Source of the DNA: Pocillopora damicornis
Taxonomy: Eukaryota
Length of the DNA stretch: 64,000 nt
Direction: 5' to 3'
Assembly (NCBI RefSeq): GCF_003704095.1
Contig: NW_020847569.1
Span: forward strand, 62,001 to 126,000
Made by a program: the position numbers and the translations under genes. Shown here in pieces: positions 59,754 through 64,000 of the stretch. The notes beneath the pieces are model-generated. The model was given only the letters and a program-made list of their open reading frames with translations. It was not told where the DNA came from and did no database searches. Within the stretch, counting starts at the first letter, position 1. Each line of letters starts with the position of its first letter.

Positions 59754-61054
59754 GTTAAGCGCCAGTTATATCGTAGGACAATTGTCGAGGCTAAGCGATT
59801 GTTACAAAAGGAACAGCAAACTACGAAGTGAAGGTAGTGTGAGACAAATATGAACACAGTTTATTTTATGATCCTCTATCGATTTCTTGGATCCTTCTTG
59901 AACGTTATGCGGTGCCTCTGAGGGCAAGAAAAAAACCTTGGATAAGTACAAAGTACATCACGAAATTTCTTAACTGATGCGAGCTATTTCAATCCGTAGT
60001 TAAACCCAAAACATGTTTAACCTCAAACACCCGGAATGTTTTCATTTTCTGAATAGTCGAAAGATGTTCATCGCACCAGGGCTTTTGTTATTCTAATCTT
60101 CTCAAATTACCCGGCATGCGCCTTACGGGTTATGTCCTCTACTATTGCATTTCAAATCTTTTTTTTCTTGATTTTCGTGTGTGGTAAGATTTGTTCGTCG
60201 ATGGGTTACCGAACGATGTTTAATCGCATTTTTCCATTATTTCTAGAACTATCCATCAGCCGAACATTTCTGGAGGAGCCAAAATGTACTTTAGAGCAAT
60301 TTACTACTTTACGACGTAACTCTTTACATCAACTGGATGAACTCACACGGACATCTAAGTAAGTCGCCTTAAAGTCGACCTCGCATTTAGTATGGACACC
60401 AATAAGAAGTTTACTCTCTTTTCCTTTTTCTCTCCTTTGTGCAAAAAAAGGCAAATGCGTCGTAAAACATATTTTCTAAATTGTACTATACGCATCTACG
60501 AAAGCTGTACATCATATGGATAATTAACTAATCCGAGTCTGTGATCCTCAATTAAATCGTAGAACTAAATTAATAATTATTTTTGTTTATTTATTTGTTT
60601 GTTGTTGCTGTTGATGTTATGATTCTCCACACGCACTAGAGGAGAATGGGTAGATTTAGCGAAAATATAAAGTTCAAGTGGTCTTGGTGAATTTAATTGT
60701 CTTGTAATAGACATTTCATGTTTTTCGATTGAAAGGGATTATTTGGAGACCATTGTTGACCAAAAGTTGTAGTTCATTTGTGTAAGGTAACAAATGCCCT
60801 TTATCATAGCAAGAGAAGATATCTTGGTCATACAAAGAAAAATTATTGCTTTAATTGATTAATTATTCATGCCTTTTTATTTAATCAGCGATCCATCCAT
60901 CCATTTAACCGTCTTTCCATCCTCTTCGATTACTTTTCTCGTCTTTTCTTTTTTTTATCACGACTTTGACTAATTTTATCAGAGCGCGAAGCGCAGGCAC
61001 TGAAATAATAGAAGTTCACGAGCAAACGGAAGTAAGATATATTTTAACCGACCG

Positions 61055-61520
61055 ATTAATTTTCGTGTGATTCTATCGGCTACTTTACGTCTCGTGGTCC
61101 AAAATCACCGGATAGTTATCACGCAATGACCCTCATCTACGTCGATATTTGTCCTCCGATTATTTTCATCCAAAAGAAAAAAGCAGGCGGAAAAAGACAG
61201 ATCAAGAGTTTCCCCTCTTCATCTTTGTTACTTTACATGGAATAAAAACGAACTCGTTTCGTAAGAGTCCACTGATAGTGAAATTAAAAAGTTGATCTCA
61301 AATGCTGCTCCAGAAAGTACAACAAAGTCAACAGAATTTGCTGTTAAAGCGCGATACGAAAATTAATGTGACGGTTACAAAATAAATAAACCTCCTAGCT
61401 TGCTGTCGGCTGCTGATGTCTTTGGCTTGGAGATTGCCCTCAAAATTTCACGTTTGCCCTCGAAGCTTCGCTTCACGGCCAGATATTAATTTCTCTGACT
61501 CAGACATGGGTTTATTTCAG
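61055..61520 (+). mobile_element. Non-autonomous inverted-repeat element (paralog of 55901-56375)
   Basis: Inverted repeats ATTAATTTTCGT / ACGAAAATTAAT. Shares CAGATCAAGAGTTT, TCTCAAATG..GCTCC.GAAAGTACAA and AAAGCGCGATACGAAAATTAATG with the other copy. Confidence 0.6.
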
Positions 61521-62255
61521 TAACTAGCATATTCTCTCCAGAACAAGACAAATGAGACGTACCAGAACTAAAACGAGGTTTTATTGTTGCTTGGTCCCAA
61601 GTAATGTACATAAGAATGCAGTACTGCAAAATAAAAAGAAAAAAACCGACAATTATGCCAGTGGTCAGAAGTCTTTGGTTGAGATTACGGGCAGATTTTT
61701 TTGAAAAGACAAACTACAAGTGGTTTAGACATTTTTTCTCTTTTAATGTTTCGATCTACCAGGGATTGATAAACATTGATTTGGAAACGAGCATTAATTT
61801 GTAGTTCATATGTTCAAGGTAACGAAAACCCTTTGTCATAAAAATGATTGCCGTAATTGCTAATGATCGAAGTGTTATAGATTTATTTATATATCTTGTC
61901 ATTCATCCATCGATTTGTTTCTCCACCCATCCACCCCAGTTACCTTTTTAGCTGACTTTGTCGGAAAAACGTGAAATTTGTTTAAAAAAAGTTTTCATGT
62001 CTTTTAGTCAGTCGTCATTTTTGTGCAGCCAAATCAACCATTTTCCTACAGTCTTCTTTTCTCTACTTCTCGACCCACCCCCCCCTCCCTTTCCGTGGCG
62101 AAATAGAAAGACGTGGGATCGGGCCAGCACTAAAATTACTTTACATCATTGAATCAATGAATTACGGAGCTGCCAGAGAAAACATTATCATATACTTAAA
62201 TTACATGTAACAATTTTTATTTGCCTAACAGATGATCCTCACATTTCTAAACTAT

Positions 62256-63398
62256 TTAATTTCTGATTGGACAGATCCAGTAGTGAATAATACACTGCAT
62301 GTTTGCGCCAAGAAACAGTTGTGATTTTCCTTTACAGTGACAATTGTACACAATGGTTCCTGTTGTGGGGTCAATTCTTACATCACCAAAGACGTACTCT
62401 GCAGCATTGTGCGTTGAACAAGTAGCTGCAACAATCTTCATCCCCTGGGACAAAAAAATTAGAAAATAAGTACGTTTGTCTTGAACAAAGAAATTATTAA
62501 TAGTTTGGGTTGCACTGAAAATTAATTGATTTAGGTTCAAGAATCGGTTCGAAACTCAAATCGAGGATTTCAGTAGGTGTACTCGTTTAAATTCAAGCAT
62601 CAGCTTTACAAGTCTCAAAATAATTGACTTTGATTACCTACAGTAGCTTTTATATTTTAAAACTGGCATCCGTCAGATAAACCGTTGACATCGCTTCGTA
62701 CGTGGACACTAAGACAATTAGTCTCTCGGCTTACTAAACACTCTACCACCATTCACCTCGATTTCAAGACTTAGTGTTAAGCAGAAGGTGACGTGAGCCT
62801 ACCGGGTGTTCATCCTCTCGTAGAATGACTTTTGAATTTGCTGACTGCCCTGCTGTTTGTGAAACTTCCTTCTTGTTCTTGTGCTGACAAAGGCTCACAT
62901 TCCAAGCCGTGTTCTTTCCAGCTGGTCCTTGGGGGCCTGGTAATCCTCGTGATGCATTATATCCGCGCGGGCCCATTGCTCCTGGAATACCGCGAGGCCC
63001 TGGTGAGCCCTGAGAACCGTTTAAACCTCGAGGACCCGCTGGTCCAGCTGTACCATTGGGACCCATAGGACCAACGGGTCCCCGGGCCCCTGGTGAGCCA
63101 GGCGGTCCCATTTGGCCGCGTGGGCCTGGAGGGCCTGGTGGACCAGTGCAGTGGCTGCAGCTTTGTTCCTGGAGAAAGAAGAAGAGGAAAAATTCTCATG
63201 TTTCATTGATTTCCATGCCAGGCATTTGACAGAGGATTATGTTCACCTGTACTGTTAGGTTCTCCATCGCTTTCTTTTGTGTCTGTAGTTCGATCTTGAG
63301 TTTTTGAACTTGAAAGCGGGTGAGATTTAAGGCTTCTTCCAGCTTTGAAATCTTCAATTTCATTTCTTGATTATCGTCCCTTCCACTTCCAACAGCCT
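62256..63398 (-). CDS. Short collagen-domain protein (coiled coil + 26 Gly-X-Y triplets + Cys-rich C-terminal domain); 5' exons not identified, probably beyond the window
   Basis: Exons 63398-63247 (heptad-like [25 protein letters not shown]), 63168-62803 (CSHC then GPPGPPGPR...GPAGKN) and 62444-62256 ([11 protein letters not shown]...YNCHCKG...[12 protein letters not shown]). Junctions are GT-AG and phase-consistent. Confidence 0.85.
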
Positions 63399-64000
63399 CT
63401 GAAAAGAATAGAAAAACCACAACTTTTTCTTGCACTTTGTCCCTAATGTAGGAGTAGGCTGGCGAAAGACTTTTTTAACAGAGTGAAACAAATGATGTGA
63501 AAGAGCGGGATGAAAGACAATTTCAGAGACTTCTTGCTTAGGTCAGTCTTTCTCCATTACTATTACAAAGCCAAACAGTGCATGAGATATGAGCCACAAA
63601 TGGGTGCGTCGGGCTGAATCATTCCCCAATTTTTAGACACAAAAAAATAAAATTCATTTTTGCTTTACTCGATTGAAACCTAGAGAGACATGTAAGATTC
63701 GGTCTTTGCCGACCTCTGGCGAAGTATGCGAAGAATGATTGATTTTGGTTGGTTTCCTTTCAGCTCGTAGCGAAAAGTCGTCTCTCTTGGTCTTAAAAAC
63801 TTATCAACGTCAAGTCAGTAGCTCTGAGCAACTTTATGTTGCGAACAAAAGCAGTCTTTTTCGAATTTATGTTTACTGCTAAGCTTTACACTTTTGATAT
63901 AACCTTGAATAAACCTTTCACCCGTTTAGGATTTATCTTCCAAATTAAGTTGAAAGGCGACTCTCCAGATGTCGAATTAAACCTCACATCTTTTGACAGA

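Overview
AT-rich, intron-containing eukaryotic (animal) genomic DNA with five assembly gaps. The interspersed repeats look like those of stony corals (inference from memory, no database search). Reading exons by eye gives six genes. (1) A 20-exon CEP170-like FHA-domain gene (+, 1704-21684) whose third intron is a 4.8 kb minor-spliceosome AT-AC intron. (2) A small heat-shock protein gene (-, 24406-31619) with a 23-nt coding start segment, a 6.65 kb intron and six perfect three-unit heat-shock elements. (3) PEX6 (-, 37741-46050). (4) An intronless, N-terminally short ribonucleotide reductase small subunit (+, 46356-47360), head-to-head with PEX6. (5) An unassigned 14-exon WD40-like gene (+, 48222-59753) that the ORF track shows only in fragments. 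(6) The 3' part of a coiled-coil/short-collagen/Cys-rich gene (-, 62256-63398+). Introns and intergenic DNA hold tRNA-derived SINEs, TTAA-ended MITEs, other repeats and one degenerate hammerhead-ribozyme repeat. All gene models are manual splice-phase reconstructions, not transcript-validated. No prokaryotic-type system (CRISPR, operon) is present.
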